Below are positions 43,971 through 53,331 of a DNA stretch of 64,000 bases, piece after piece. This DNA comes from Actinomycetota bacterium (lineage in GTDB: Bacteria; Actinomycetota; UBA4738; JACQTL01). The translations under genes and the position numbers were made by a program. Each line of letters starts with the position of its first letter. The stretch's first letter is position 1. The stretch is from contig JBJMLO010000008.1 in NCBI GenBank assembly GCA_045805265.1, forward strand, positions 128,846-192,845, in the 5' to 3' direction. The notes beneath the pieces are model-generated. The model was given only the letters and a program-made list of their open reading frames with translations. It was not told the origin of the DNA and made no database searches.

Positions 43971-44630
43971 GTGACCATCGACGCCGCGGCGGGTCCGCAC
44001 GGTGAGGGCGCGTTCGCGAAGGGGTCCGTCGACGAGGACCGGTTCCTGCGCGTCCTGGACCGGCTCGTGGCCGCGCTGTCGTCGACGGGCGTGCCCTTCG
44101 CGTTCATCGGCGGGATCGCCTCCGCGGTGCTGGGCCGCCCCCGACCGACGGTCGACGTCGACGTCCTGGTCCGGCCCTGGGAGGCCGTCGACGTCATGGG
44201 GCGCCTGCAGGCCGCGGGGTTCGCCACCCAGCGCACCTACCCCCACTGGCTGTTCAAGGCGGAGCGCGACGGCGTGGTCACCGACGTGATCTTCGTCTCC
44301 ACCGGAGACCTGTACCTCGACGACGAGATGGTCGTGCGGGTACAGGACCGGGAGTTCATGGGCCGGAGGCTGCCGGTGGTCGCGCCCGAGGACCTCGTCG
44401 TGATGAAGGCGCTGGCCCACTCCGAGGAGACCCCGCGGTATTGGTACGACGGGCTGTCGATCCTCGCGTGGAACGAGCCCGACTGGGACTACCTGCTCCG
44501 CCGGGCCCGCCACGGGCCGCGCCGGGTCCTGTCGTTCCTGCTGTTCGCCCGGTCGACCGGGCTGGTCATCCCGGGGTCGGCCCTGCGGGCGCTCCGGGAC
44601 GTGATCGAGCGGGGCCGCAGGGCGGCGTGA
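43971..44630 (+). CDS. Nucleotidyltransferase family protein, paralog 2
   Basis: FIGGIAS..TVDVDVLV..HWLFKA..TDVIF..PEDLVVMKA; clearly similar to paralog 1. Confidence 0.82.
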   Translation: MTIDAAAGPHGEGAFAKGSVDEDRFLRVLDRLVAALSSTGVPFAFIGGIASAVLGRPRPTVDVDVLVRPWEAVDVMGRLQAAGFATQRTYPHWLFKAERDGVVTDVIFVSTGDLYLDDEMVVRVQDREFMGRRLPVVAPEDLVVMKALAHSEETPRYWYDGLSILAWNEPDWDYLLRRARHGPRRVLSFLLFARSTGLVIPGSALRALRDVIERGRRAA

Positions 44631-44633
44631 GGC

Positions 44634-45371
44634 TCACCCGGAGTGGCCGACCTCCGTGAGGAACCGGTCGTACTCGTCGAGGATCACCCGGTAGCACTCG
44701 CAGGACGCCGCCGCGAGCCCGTCGGCATCGAGCACCTCGATCCTGCCGCGCCGGTACCGGATCACCCCGGCCTTCTGCAGCAGCCCGGCGGCGATGGTGA
44801 CCGTGGCCCGGCGGACGCCGAGCATCTCGGCCAGGAACTCCTGGGTCAGGTCGAACTCGTCCGCCCCCACCTGCTGCCGGGTCGTGAGGAGCCACCGCGC
44901 GCATCGCATCTCGAGGGGGTGCAGCCGGTTGCACGCCACCTCTTGCGCCGTCGAGACGACGAGCACGAGGGCGTAGCGCTCCAGGAGGTCCCGGAGGGGC
45001 CCCGCGGCCTGGCTGGCCTCCCGGAACGTGCCGGCGTCCACCTCGAGCGCATCGCCGGCCACCTGGGAGATCGCCCGCTGGCTCGGCATCGACCGGGACC
45101 CCAGGAAATGGTGCAGCCCGACCATGCCCTCCCTGCCCACGGTCGCGAACTCCACCATGTCGCCGTCGTTCATCACGGTGACCAGCGACAGCACGCCCGA
45201 CAGCGGGAAGTACACGTGCGGGGTCTCCTGGCCCGGCTCCCACAGGACGCGTCGCTGCTCGAGGTGCACCACCCGCGACCCGGCCGCGATCATCCCCCGG
45301 GCCTCGACGGGCAGCGCCCCGAGCAGTGCGTTCTGCGTTTCGGCGTCCCCGGTCGGTCCGACCGCGTCCAT
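44634..45371 (-). CDS. Crp/Fnr family transcriptional regulator
   Basis: NALLGALP; VYFPLSG; VGREGMVG; ACNRLH; LTQEFLAEMLGVRRATVT; CECY. Confidence 0.92.
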   Translation of the reverse strand: MDAVGPTGDAETQNALLGALPVEARGMIAAGSRVVHLEQRRVLWEPGQETPHVYFPLSGVLSLVTVMNDGDMVEFATVGREGMVGLHHFLGSRSMPSQRAISQVAGDALEVDAGTFREASQAAGPLRDLLERYALVLVVSTAQEVACNRLHPLEMRCARWLLTTRQQVGADEFDLTQEFLAEMLGVRRATVTIAAGLLQKAGVIRYRRGRIEVLDADGLAAASCECYRVILDEYDRFLTEVGHSG

Positions 45372-45477
45372 GTGCGAGATCCTCCCGGTCCGGGGATCCG
45401 GCGTGGTTCCTTGCGCGGGCAGGCGTCGTGCGACGACGCACTCTAGTTGCGTGTCGGAGGAACCTCAACCCGGGAGA

Positions 45478-45945
45478 TCAGAACGCGGGGAGTTCGCCGA
45501 GCACCTCGCGGACGCGGGCCAGGTCACGCATCCTCGGCTGGGTCTGGCCGCGGGCCCACCGACCCACCGTGCGGGAGGAGACGCCGATCCGGCGGGCCGC
45601 CGACTCCTGCGACAGCCCCTCAGCGCGGAGACGCTGCAGCAGCCAGGAGCGGAACTCCTCCGCCCCCGCAGGATGCTGCGTGGCCCCTGACGGGACGACC
45701 TCCAGCTCGAGCTCGGAGCGATCCAGCCGGATGTGGATGTCGACGGGCGAGCCCTGCCGGCCCGTCGCGGCCAGGCCCGCCAGCTCGCCGCGGACCCCGT
45801 TCCGTTGCCTGGCTTCGGTTCCGGCCGCGGCGACGGCGCGCTCCAGCGAGGCGACGATCATCGCGAGGACGTCGCCGCGTTTGCCTTCGTCGAGCTGGAA
45901 CCTGGTGCGCCGGGCGGTCGGACCCTGTGGTGTCGGTGCAGGCAC
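45478..45945 (-). CDS. XRE-family HTH protein (C-terminal HTH), paralog 2
   Basis: AGGAGG RBS before GTG 45945; LSQESAARRIGVSSRTVGRWARGQTQPR. Confidence 0.75.
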   Translation of the reverse strand: MPAPTPQGPTARRTRFQLDEGKRGDVLAMIVASLERAVAAAGTEARQRNGVRGELAGLAATGRQGSPVDIHIRLDRSELELEVVPSGATQHPAGAEEFRSWLLQRLRAEGLSQESAARRIGVSSRTVGRWARGQTQPRMRDLARVREVLGELPAF

Positions 45946-46097
45946 AAGCGAGGACCTCCTAGCTGGGCATTTCTTCGCCCCGTCGTGGACCTGCTCTCTT
46001 CTTGCACCCTTCCCCCCGGGCCACTCGGACAAACCGGACTCGCCGGGAGTGAAGGCGCAGCCCAAAGGGGGTATGGTGTGCCGGGAGGTAGTCACTC

Positions 46098-46559
46098 TTG
46101 GATCAAGCTGACGCCCCGGCCGGCGCGTCCGTCGGCGGTATCGACTTTCTCTCCGGGCTGCTCGCAAGGCTGCAGACGATGTTCGGAGCCGTGGTGCTGG
46201 ATGCCCGGGACGAGCTGGACGGCTCGATCGTCGTCGACGTGCAGCTCGAGGCCGGCCGGGCGCTCGAGGTGTATCGGGCCCACATCCGCAACTCGGTGCA
46301 CGACCAGCTGGCCATCTCGGCGCTGCTCGTCGAGACCAGCGCGTCCATCGTGGGCCGGACCGGCGCCCTGGTGGAACGCCTCCGGCTGGCCAGAGAGCAG
46401 CGCAGCGTTGCGGTGTCGAACCTCAGGCAGTTGCGGGCGACGCTTGCTCAACGGCGAGACCTGCTGCGGACGGCGGACCTTTCCTCAGGCCTGTCCCGGG
46501 GCGGGATCCATCGTCAGGATGACGCCGGTGATCCCGCCGCCGGCGTCGACCATGGGTGA
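46098..46559 (+). CDS. Hypothetical protein
   Basis: GGGAGG RBS before TTG; protein-like composition; its 3' end overlaps the convergent cheR gene by 75 nt. Confidence 0.5.
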   Translation: MDQADAPAGASVGGIDFLSGLLARLQTMFGAVVLDARDELDGSIVVDVQLEAGRALEVYRAHIRNSVHDQLAISALLVETSASIVGRTGALVERLRLAREQRSVAVSNLRQLRATLAQRRDLLRTADLSSGLSRGGIHRQDDAGDPAAGVDHG

Positions 46560-48338
46560 GCACGCTACCCGGCAGACGATCCGCTGACCGCGCCGGGTCA
46601 CGGCGTCGAGCTCGATCGGCTCCTGTGACTGACCGCCCAGTGCGCCCAGCAGCGATGCCTTGAGCTCCCCCACCGGGAGCCCGATGTCGAGATCCAGGAA
46701 CGGCTGACCCCGCACCTCGTCCTCGGTGAACCCCCACAGGTCTCGAGCCCGATCGTTCCACATCATCACCCGGAGCTCTCCGTCCACCACGGCGACCCCC
46801 GAGCTGACGCTGGCCAGGATCGAGGTCATGAAGGCATTGGCCAGGTGCACCTCGTCGGTACGCCGCCGGACCTCCTCGTTGATGGTCTCGAGCTCCTCGT
46901 TGGTCGAGCGGAGCTCCTCGTTGGTGGTCTCGAGCTCCTCGTTGGTGGACTGGAGCTCCTCGTTGGTGGTCTCCAGCTCCTCGTTGGTGGACTGGAGCTC
47001 CTCGTTGGTGGTCTCCAGCTCCTCGTTGGTCGACTGGAGCTCCTCCATGGCGGTCTCGAGCTCCTGGTTCGCGTGCTCGAAGGCCTGCCGGAGATCCCGG
47101 TAGCTGGTCACCTCGTGGACGGCTACGCTCACGCCGAGGAGCCCGCCCCCCCGGTCCTCGAGCGGCACCAGCTCCACTTCGAGCCACATCGTCTCGCCCT
47201 CGAGCTGCCACTGGACGTCCTCCAGCCGAATGGGCTCGCGATCGGCCTGGATGCGCTGGATGTGCGAGCGCAGCTCCACGGGCCGGAACGACACGTCGAG
47301 GTCCTGCAGGGGCCGTCCGAGGTCCTGGGGGTTCAGGCCGAACAGCTTCCGGGCCCGAGCGTTGGCCTGGGTGAGCATCCCGTTGCGATCGACGACCAGC
47401 TGGGCGACCGGTCCGAGCTCGAACGCGGACTCACGGCCCCGAAGGTGACTGGAGATGGAACCCCCCTCCTCGTAGGCGTTGGAGATGAGCATAAGCCGCT
47501 CACGCACGTCCTCATCCGAGGTTGCCTTCATGAACACCCGGCGCCGGAGGTCGACGGGCGAGAAGGAGCGCAGGTGCGTGAACAGCATCTCGGCCTTCCC
47601 CAGGACCAGGAACCCCCCCTCGTTCAGGGCGAAATAGAAGTTGCCCATCACGTGGGTCTGGGTCTCGGAGTTCAGGTACATCAGCGTGTTGCGGCACATC
47701 AGGAGGTCGATGCGGGAGATCGGGGCGTCCTGGACCAGGTCGTGCCGCCCGAAGATCATGGCCTGCCGGAGCTCCTTCGAGACCATGTACGAGCCGTCCG
47801 ACCCGCGGTCGAGGTACCGCGAGAGCAGGACCGGCGGGACGTCCTCAACCTGGCGCGCCGTGTACACCGCGGCCCGGGCCTGCGCCAGCGCGTCCTCGTC
47901 GACGTCGGTGGCGTAGATCTTCACCCGCTCCCGGAACCGGCCGGTCCCCAGCTGCTCGGCGAAGAGCATGGCCAGGCTGTAGGGCTCCTCGCCCGACGCG
48001 CACCCCGGCAGCCACAGCCGGATGGTCTGGTCCTCGCCGCGCGCCTCGACGACGCGGGGGACCACCTCGTCCGCCAGGAAGTCCCAGATCGCCGGGTCGC
48101 GGAAGAAGTTGGTGACGTTGATCAGGATGCAGTTGAACAGCTCGGTGAACTCGTCGGGGTCCACCTGGAGCCGGTCGAGGTAGTCGGCCGCGCCGTCGAT
48201 GCCGACGGTCTCCATGCGCTTGTGGATCCGCCGGGACAGGCTGGAGCGCTTGTACCCGGTGAAGTCGAACCCCCGGCTCTCCTTCAGGTAGCGAAGGAGG
48301 GCCTCGAGCTCCTCCTCGGTCCGGCCCTGTTCGCTCAT
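46485..48338 (-). CDS. cheR: CheR-type methyltransferase with two PAS domains and a coiled coil
   Basis: GFDFTGYK; INVTNFFRD; GCASGEEPYS; YATDVD; CRNTLMY; EELQSTNEELETTN coiled coil. Confidence 0.9.
   Translation of the reverse strand: MSEQGRTEEELEALLRYLKESRGFDFTGYKRSSLSRRIHKRMETVGIDGAADYLDRLQVDPDEFTELFNCILINVTNFFRDPAIWDFLADEVVPRVVEARGEDQTIRLWLPGCASGEEPYSLAMLFAEQLGTGRFRERVKIYATDVDEDALAQARAAVYTARQVEDVPPVLLSRYLDRGSDGSYMVSKELRQAMIFGRHDLVQDAPISRIDLLMCRNTLMYLNSETQTHVMGNFYFALNEGGFLVLGKAEMLFTHLRSFSPVDLRRRVFMKATSDEDVRERLMLISNAYEEGGSISSHLRGRESAFELGPVAQLVVDRNGMLTQANARARKLFGLNPQDLGRPLQDLDVSFRPVELRSHIQRIQADREPIRLEDVQWQLEGETMWLEVELVPLEDRGGGLLGVSVAVHEVTSYRDLRQAFEHANQELETAMEELQSTNEELETTNEELQSTNEELETTNEELQSTNEELETTNEELRSTNEELETINEEVRRRTDEVHLANAFMTSILASVSSGVAVVDGELRVMMWNDRARDLWGFTEDEVRGQPFLDLDIGLPVGELKASLLGALGGQSQEPIELDAVTRRGQRIVCRVACSPMVDAGGGITGVILTMDPAPGQA
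46877..47046 (-). repeat. Coding heptad tandem repeat (21/42 nt) encoding EELQSTN-EELETTN
   Basis: Repeated gagctcctcgttggt units inside cheR. Confidence 0.9.
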
Positions 48339-48925
48339 GGCTGTCCCCCGGACACGAGCGAGACCAGCGCGCCGGGAATCTCCGCCAGCGACAGGACGAA
48401 GTCCACCGAGCCCGTGTCGATCGCCGCCTGGGGCATCCCGGAGAACTCCGCCGCCTCGTCCTGGGCGATCACCGTGCCCCCCATCTGCTTCACCGCCTTC
48501 GCCCCCATCGCGCCGTCGCTCCCCGTCCCCGACAGGATGACCGCAATCGCGCGCTGACGGAACCCGGCCGCGAGCGATTCGAACAACAGGTCGGCCGACG
48601 GACGCACGAAGTGCACCAGCTCGGTCTCGGTCAGCTCGAGCACGCCGTCCGAGTTCACCAGCAGATGGTGGTTCGGCGGGGCCACGAACACCTGCCCGGG
48701 CTCGAGCCGGTCGCCCGCTCGCGCCTCCTTGACCTCCAGGGGGATGCGACGATCGAGGATCTCGGCCATGACGCTGCGGTGCCGCGGGTCGAGGTGCTGC
48801 ACGACCAGCACGGGCGCCGGGAAGTCCGATTGCAGCTCCTTGAGAACTGTGCTCAGCGCGCTGAGCCCGCCCGCCGACGCCGCCATCCCCACGACGTCGA
48901 ACCCGCCCCCGGCTCCCCCGTCCAC
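48335..48925 (-). CDS. cheB: Stand-alone CheB methylesterase
   Basis: ASAGG, VQH, RPSADLLF, ILSGTGSDG, GMP. Confidence 0.9.
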   Translation of the reverse strand: MDGGAGGGFDVVGMAASAGGLSALSTVLKELQSDFPAPVLVVQHLDPRHRSVMAEILDRRIPLEVKEARAGDRLEPGQVFVAPPNHHLLVNSDGVLELTETELVHFVRPSADLLFESLAAGFRQRAIAVILSGTGSDGAMGAKAVKQMGGTVIAQDEAAEFSGMPQAAIDTGSVDFVLSLAEIPGALVSLVSGGQP

Positions 48926-48926
48926 G

Positions 48927-50000
48927 TCAGCTTCCCGTGTCCTGCTGTTCCCGCGCCTCCGCTTCCTCGGAGCGCTTCCCGGTGGCCGGATCGGCCGGGA
49001 GGCCGGCCCCGGCCGGGACCAGCACCTGCCCGGTCAGCGCCGCGCGCAGGATCGTGGCCCGCTCCCGGGAAGCCCGGGCCTGCCGCTCGAACCGCGTGGC
49101 GGTGATGGCCTGACCCAGCTCCCGGGCCCGGCCGGCCAGCCGGCCCTGGAGGCTGCCGCTCTCCTCCAGCGAGCGGATGCCCGCCCAGATCGCGGCCTCC
49201 AGGGAGTCGGACTGCGCCGACAGCAGGCCGGCCGGCGAGTAGGCGTGCCCGACCCGGCACCGGTACCGGACCAGCTGCCCGTCCCGCACCTCCCACAGGA
49301 CCCCGCTGCACTCGGGACACGTGAACCCGCTCGGCTCCCCGGCGAGGTCGGTCTGTGCGATCGGGGCCTCGACCTCCACGATGTCGAGCTCCTGGTCGTC
49401 GTCCACCACTGGCTCCTCCCCGCTCCTCGGACGGGGCTCCGCGGCGAGCCGCGCGAGCACGCTCCCCATCTTCGCCAGCCCGACCACGTGGTCGACCGGC
49501 ACGCTGGCGATCGCCGCCCGCGCCATGCCGTCGAACAGCGCGTCGTCGGGGTCGAGCACGACGGCGGTCCCGCCGCGCTCCCGGATCCGGCCCAGGCCCT
49601 GTGAACCGTCGTCCAGGGCGCCGGACAGCACGACGCCCATCACCCGCGGCCCGTACGCCGCCGCGGCCGACCGGAACAGAGGATCGATCGCCGGCCGCAT
49701 GCCGTTCTCCCTCGGACCGGCGACGAGCTTGATGTGCCCGCGCTTCACCAGCATGTGCGCGCCGGGCGGCGCGATCGCGATCCGATTCCGCTCGATGGGC
49801 TGTCCGTCGACCGCATGCGCCGCGCGCAGCGGTCCCACCCTGGACAGGATGGCCGGCAGGACGCTCGTCCCGACGGCGGGCATGTGCATGACGACGAGCA
49901 CGGCCGCGTCGAGGTCGGCCGGCAGCTCCCGGGCCACCTCGCTCAGGGATTCCACGCCGCCGGCGGAGGCGCCCATCACGATGATGTCGTGATCGGGCAT
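48927..50000 (-). CDS. cheB: CheB methylesterase with a C-terminal Cys/His metal-binding domain
   Basis: GASAGG, RPAIDPLF, LSGALDDG; CPECSG..YRCRVGH. Confidence 0.88.
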   Translation of the reverse strand: MPDHDIIVMGASAGGVESLSEVARELPADLDAAVLVVMHMPAVGTSVLPAILSRVGPLRAAHAVDGQPIERNRIAIAPPGAHMLVKRGHIKLVAGPRENGMRPAIDPLFRSAAAAYGPRVMGVVLSGALDDGSQGLGRIRERGGTAVVLDPDDALFDGMARAAIASVPVDHVVGLAKMGSVLARLAAEPRPRSGEEPVVDDDQELDIVEVEAPIAQTDLAGEPSGFTCPECSGVLWEVRDGQLVRYRCRVGHAYSPAGLLSAQSDSLEAAIWAGIRSLEESGSLQGRLAGRARELGQAITATRFERQARASRERATILRAALTGQVLVPAGAGLPADPATGKRSEEAEAREQQDTGS

Positions 50001-50053
50001 CGTGCTTTGAGGGTACCCCCCTCGGGCGCGCCCGGACACCGCGTGCCCGGCAC

Positions 50054-51103
50054 TCACCCCGCGTGGAGCTGCAGGTCCTCCGCCGCGCGGTCGCCCAGCG
50101 CGATCAGCGGGTCGGGAACCCCGCCCCGGCTGTCCACGCCCGCGCGGCGGTCCGTTCCGATCCCATCGGGCGACGGCAGCAGGCGCGACACCAGGGACAG
50201 GGCGCGAGCCGTGGTCGCCGGGGCCAGCCCGTGGATGCGAACGAGGGCCTTGGCCTGCGGCGTCAGGACGATCTCCGCCCTGCGCACCGCGATGGCCTCG
50301 ACGATCCGCCGCGCCGCCCGGTCGGCGTCCATCGAGACCACCGGCAGGGAGGACGCCAGGCTGAACCAGGCGAACTCCTCCCGGTGACGGGACTTGAACA
50401 GGGCCTGGAGGTGCGAGCCGGTCCGCATCAGGCCCGGCACCACCGTCGTCACCGAGATGCCGTGGGGCGCGAGCTCCGCGCGAAGGCCCTCGGAGAGACC
50501 GACCGCGGCGAACTTCGCGGCACAGTACGGCAGCAGGTGGGGCATGCTGATCCTTCCGCCGATCGACGTCACGGTGGCGATGCGGCCCTCCCCCCGATCC
50601 CGCATGTGCGGCAGCACTGCCAGGACGGGCCGGAGGACGCCCCAGAACATGACGTCCATGGCCTCCGCGAAGTCCTCCTGGGTCTGGGCCTCGAGTGGCC
50701 CCACCTGGACGACCCCCGCGTTGTTGACCAGCACGTCGATCGCGCCGAAGGCGTCGAGCGCCCGCTGGACGAGGCGATCGACGTCCTCCTGGCGGGAGAC
50801 GTCAGCAGGCACGGCCTCCACGGAACCGGGCCCCTCCACCCGGAGCCGGTGGGCGGCGGTCTCGAGCGTCTCCGCGTCCCGGCCGCAGATCACGAGGTCC
50901 GCGCCGAGCTCGGCGAACCGCCGGGCCATGGCGAACCCCAGCCCCCGCGACGCGCCGGTGACGAGCACCGTGCGGTCCTCGAACGCGGTGGCCGCGGCCC
51001 GTGCCCCCCGCAGCATCCGGAGCGCGGGGACGCCGGCCACGGCGCCCGCGGTGAGCGACGCGGCCAGCGAGGAGCTTCCGTCGCCGTTCGCTGACGTGCG
51101 CAT
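50054..51103 (-). CDS. SDR family oxidoreductase
   Basis: TGASRGLG, NNAG, YCAAK. Confidence 0.92.
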   Translation of the reverse strand: MRTSANGDGSSSLAASLTAGAVAGVPALRMLRGARAAATAFEDRTVLVTGASRGLGFAMARRFAELGADLVICGRDAETLETAAHRLRVEGPGSVEAVPADVSRQEDVDRLVQRALDAFGAIDVLVNNAGVVQVGPLEAQTQEDFAEAMDVMFWGVLRPVLAVLPHMRDRGEGRIATVTSIGGRISMPHLLPYCAAKFAAVGLSEGLRAELAPHGISVTTVVPGLMRTGSHLQALFKSRHREEFAWFSLASSLPVVSMDADRAARRIVEAIAVRRAEIVLTPQAKALVRIHGLAPATTARALSLVSRLLPSPDGIGTDRRAGVDSRGGVPDPLIALGDRAAEDLQLHAG

Positions 51104-51158
51104 TGAGGCATCCCTCCAGTGGGTACGGGCGACACTTCTGTCTGCGCTGTATGGACCC

Positions 51159-51184
51159 GTACCCGAGGGATTCCGGCGGAAAAC
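51159..51184 (-). promoter_or_regulatory. SigB/SigF-type promoter for the SDR-cheB-cheB-cheR genes
   Basis: Minus strand GTTT-N16-GGGTAC. Confidence 0.65.
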
Positions 51185-51191
51185 GGCGCGG

Positions 51192-53330
51192 CTAGCTCGG
51201 CGATGGCGGCGCGGGCTCGGATTCCTCGTCGTCGTCGCGGCCTCCGGGGCCCTCCTGCTGGCGGAACTCCTCCGCCCGGGATTCGGTCGGCTCGCCCCGG
51301 TGGATCGCCTGCGTCTCCTTCTCCAGCTCCTCGTCGACGCGAGGGTTGTGCTTGTCGCTTCCTCGGTCCATCGCGACCCCCTGCTGTCGTTCCTCCTCTC
51401 CGCGATGTACCCGGGACCGGGCGGGCGAACCTCGGAGGGCGATGGCGATCCACCCGCCCGCGGCCAGGGCGCCGACGACCCCGAGGGCCGCGAGGCCGTG
51501 GAGGCGCACGCCGGCCCGGTCGGCCGCGGTCCCGCCCAGGACCAGGACCGCCACGCCCAGCGCGGGAGCCACCGGCAGGCGGACGCGCGGCGGCAGCAGC
51601 GCCGCCGACCAGCCCGACCCGACGGCCGTCGTCAGACCGACCGACCCCAGGGTGAGCAGCGCCAGCAGGAAGACCGACGGGGGACCCGGGATGGACGGCG
51701 CCGCGAACGGACCGGCCGGGAGAGGCCCCCGGAGCACGGCGACGCCGGGCGCGATCTCCGAGCCCGGCCTCGCCGCCGCCAGCCGAGGGAACGAACGATC
51801 GAGGCTCGACAGCGCGATCACGGCCGGGTCGCGCCGAGCAAGGTCGCGGGTCCCGCTCCAGAACCGGGACGACCCGCGGTCGAACCGTTCCTGGCCCCGA
51901 AGGGTCGGCCGGTCCGCGAGCAGCCGGCCGTAGTCCCCGACGTACACCGCGACGGTCGCGATGCGGTCGGTGTCGACGGAGAGCCGGATCCAGTGGTCGG
52001 CCAGGATCGCGTCGACGTCCGGGCGGAAGGTTCCGGTGTCGACGAGCAGGATCGCGGGCCGTCCCTCCGGCAGGCCGTCCACGTACGCGGCGGCGGCGCG
52101 GACCTGCCGGAGCTCGGCCTCGTCGATGGTCGGCTGGGTCTTCCACCACGCCGAGGCGGAGGCGGCCACGGTGCCGGCGGCGCCCGCGGCCACCAGCAGC
52201 GTCCCGAGCGCGAGGCCGGCCCGCCGCGGCCCGCCGCGGCCTCGGGCCCTCCCCGCCCGGGCCAGCCCCCCGGCTGCCGCGATCACGCCCGCCGCCGCCA
52301 GCAGGGGGAGCGCGAGCGCGAACTCCAGCACCCGGTGGGCCGGGGCCGACGCGCCCGCCTCCAGCGCCGCCACCGCGAGCACGGGCGTGGCCGCCCACAG
52401 CACGAGGAAGACCAGCGCGCGGCTGGGCATGCGGCTCGGCCGGGGGTCGCCGGCCACGGCCGCGACGCCCACCGCCGCGGCCGGCGCCGCCACCGGCCAC
52501 CACGTGTCCGGCAGGGCCTGGTGGAGCTTGGTCAGAAACCCGTGCCGCGACAGGCCGGGGAACGACGGGGAGGCCGGGGCGAGGGCCAGCGCCGCGGCGC
52601 CGACCGCCGCCCCACCGGCCACCGCGCCGAGCGCGCGGACGGCCGGCGTGCGCGCCCAGGGGGTCCCGGCCCTCCTGGCCCGGAGGCTCTCCGGCACCAC
52701 CGCGATGCCGAGCGCCGCCAGCAACACACCGAGGAGCGCCGCGAAGCTCCAGTGGATGACGGCGCCGGAACCGAGCAGCAGCGCGGCCGCGACCATCGTC
52801 CGCCGCCCGTCGGCCGCGAGCAGCACGGCCACCGCCGCGCCGACCGCCACCACCGACAGGAGGAGGCTGTCGGCGTGTCCCCCGGCCATGAGCGCCACCA
52901 GCGGCGAGGCCCCGACCGCCAGCCCGAACAGGGGCGCCTGCCACGCCGGACGCCGCAGGCAGGCCCGGGCGAACCCGGCGGCCCCGGCGGCGATCATGAC
53001 CGCGGCCACCGCCGGGAACACCATGGCCAGCCGGAACGGCGACGCGCCGAGGGCGGCCGACCACAGGTCGACCAGCACCGGGTACCCGGGCCGGTCCGCC
53101 GTGACGGACACGCCGTGGGGAACGCTCGAGAGCGCGGCCATCCCCCGGTCGGCCACCAGTCGCGCCCGCCACACGTATTTCGGCGTGTCGTAGCCGACCG
53201 GCACCCGCAGGTGGTGGAACACGTACAGCGACAGGAACACCCCGGCGACCGCGACGAGCATGGCGGCGGCGAGCGCCCGCGCTTGCCAACGCGGCCCGGC
53301 GCCCTCCGGGCGGAGGCGGGTGGAGCTCAC
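51192..53330 (-). CDS. Polytopic membrane protein (possibly GT-C-like) with an in-frame hydrophilic tail
   Basis: Many TM helices; PVGYDTPKY after TM1. The last 59 codons look like a separate small protein. Confidence 0.7.
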   Translation of the reverse strand: MSSTRLRPEGAGPRWQARALAAAMLVAVAGVFLSLYVFHHLRVPVGYDTPKYVWRARLVADRGMAALSSVPHGVSVTADRPGYPVLVDLWSAALGASPFRLAMVFPAVAAVMIAAGAAGFARACLRRPAWQAPLFGLAVGASPLVALMAGGHADSLLLSVVAVGAAVAVLLAADGRRTMVAAALLLGSGAVIHWSFAALLGVLLAALGIAVVPESLRARRAGTPWARTPAVRALGAVAGGAAVGAAALALAPASPSFPGLSRHGFLTKLHQALPDTWWPVAAPAAAVGVAAVAGDPRPSRMPSRALVFLVLWAATPVLAVAALEAGASAPAHRVLEFALALPLLAAAGVIAAAGGLARAGRARGRGGPRRAGLALGTLLVAAGAAGTVAASASAWWKTQPTIDEAELRQVRAAAAYVDGLPEGRPAILLVDTGTFRPDVDAILADHWIRLSVDTDRIATVAVYVGDYGRLLADRPTLRGQERFDRGSSRFWSGTRDLARRDPAVIALSSLDRSFPRLAAARPGSEIAPGVAVLRGPLPAGPFAAPSIPGPPSVFLLALLTLGSVGLTTAVGSGWSAALLPPRVRLPVAPALGVAVLVLGGTAADRAGVRLHGLAALGVVGALAAGGWIAIALRGSPARSRVHRGEEERQQGVAMDRGSDKHNPRVDEELEKETQAIHRGEPTESRAEEFRQQEGPGGRDDDEESEPAPPSPS

Positions 53331-53331
53331 G

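Noticed and set aside
46877-47046. Possible CRISPR or VNTR element
   Set aside because: It is the coiled-coil heptad repeat typical of CheR-PAS proteins.
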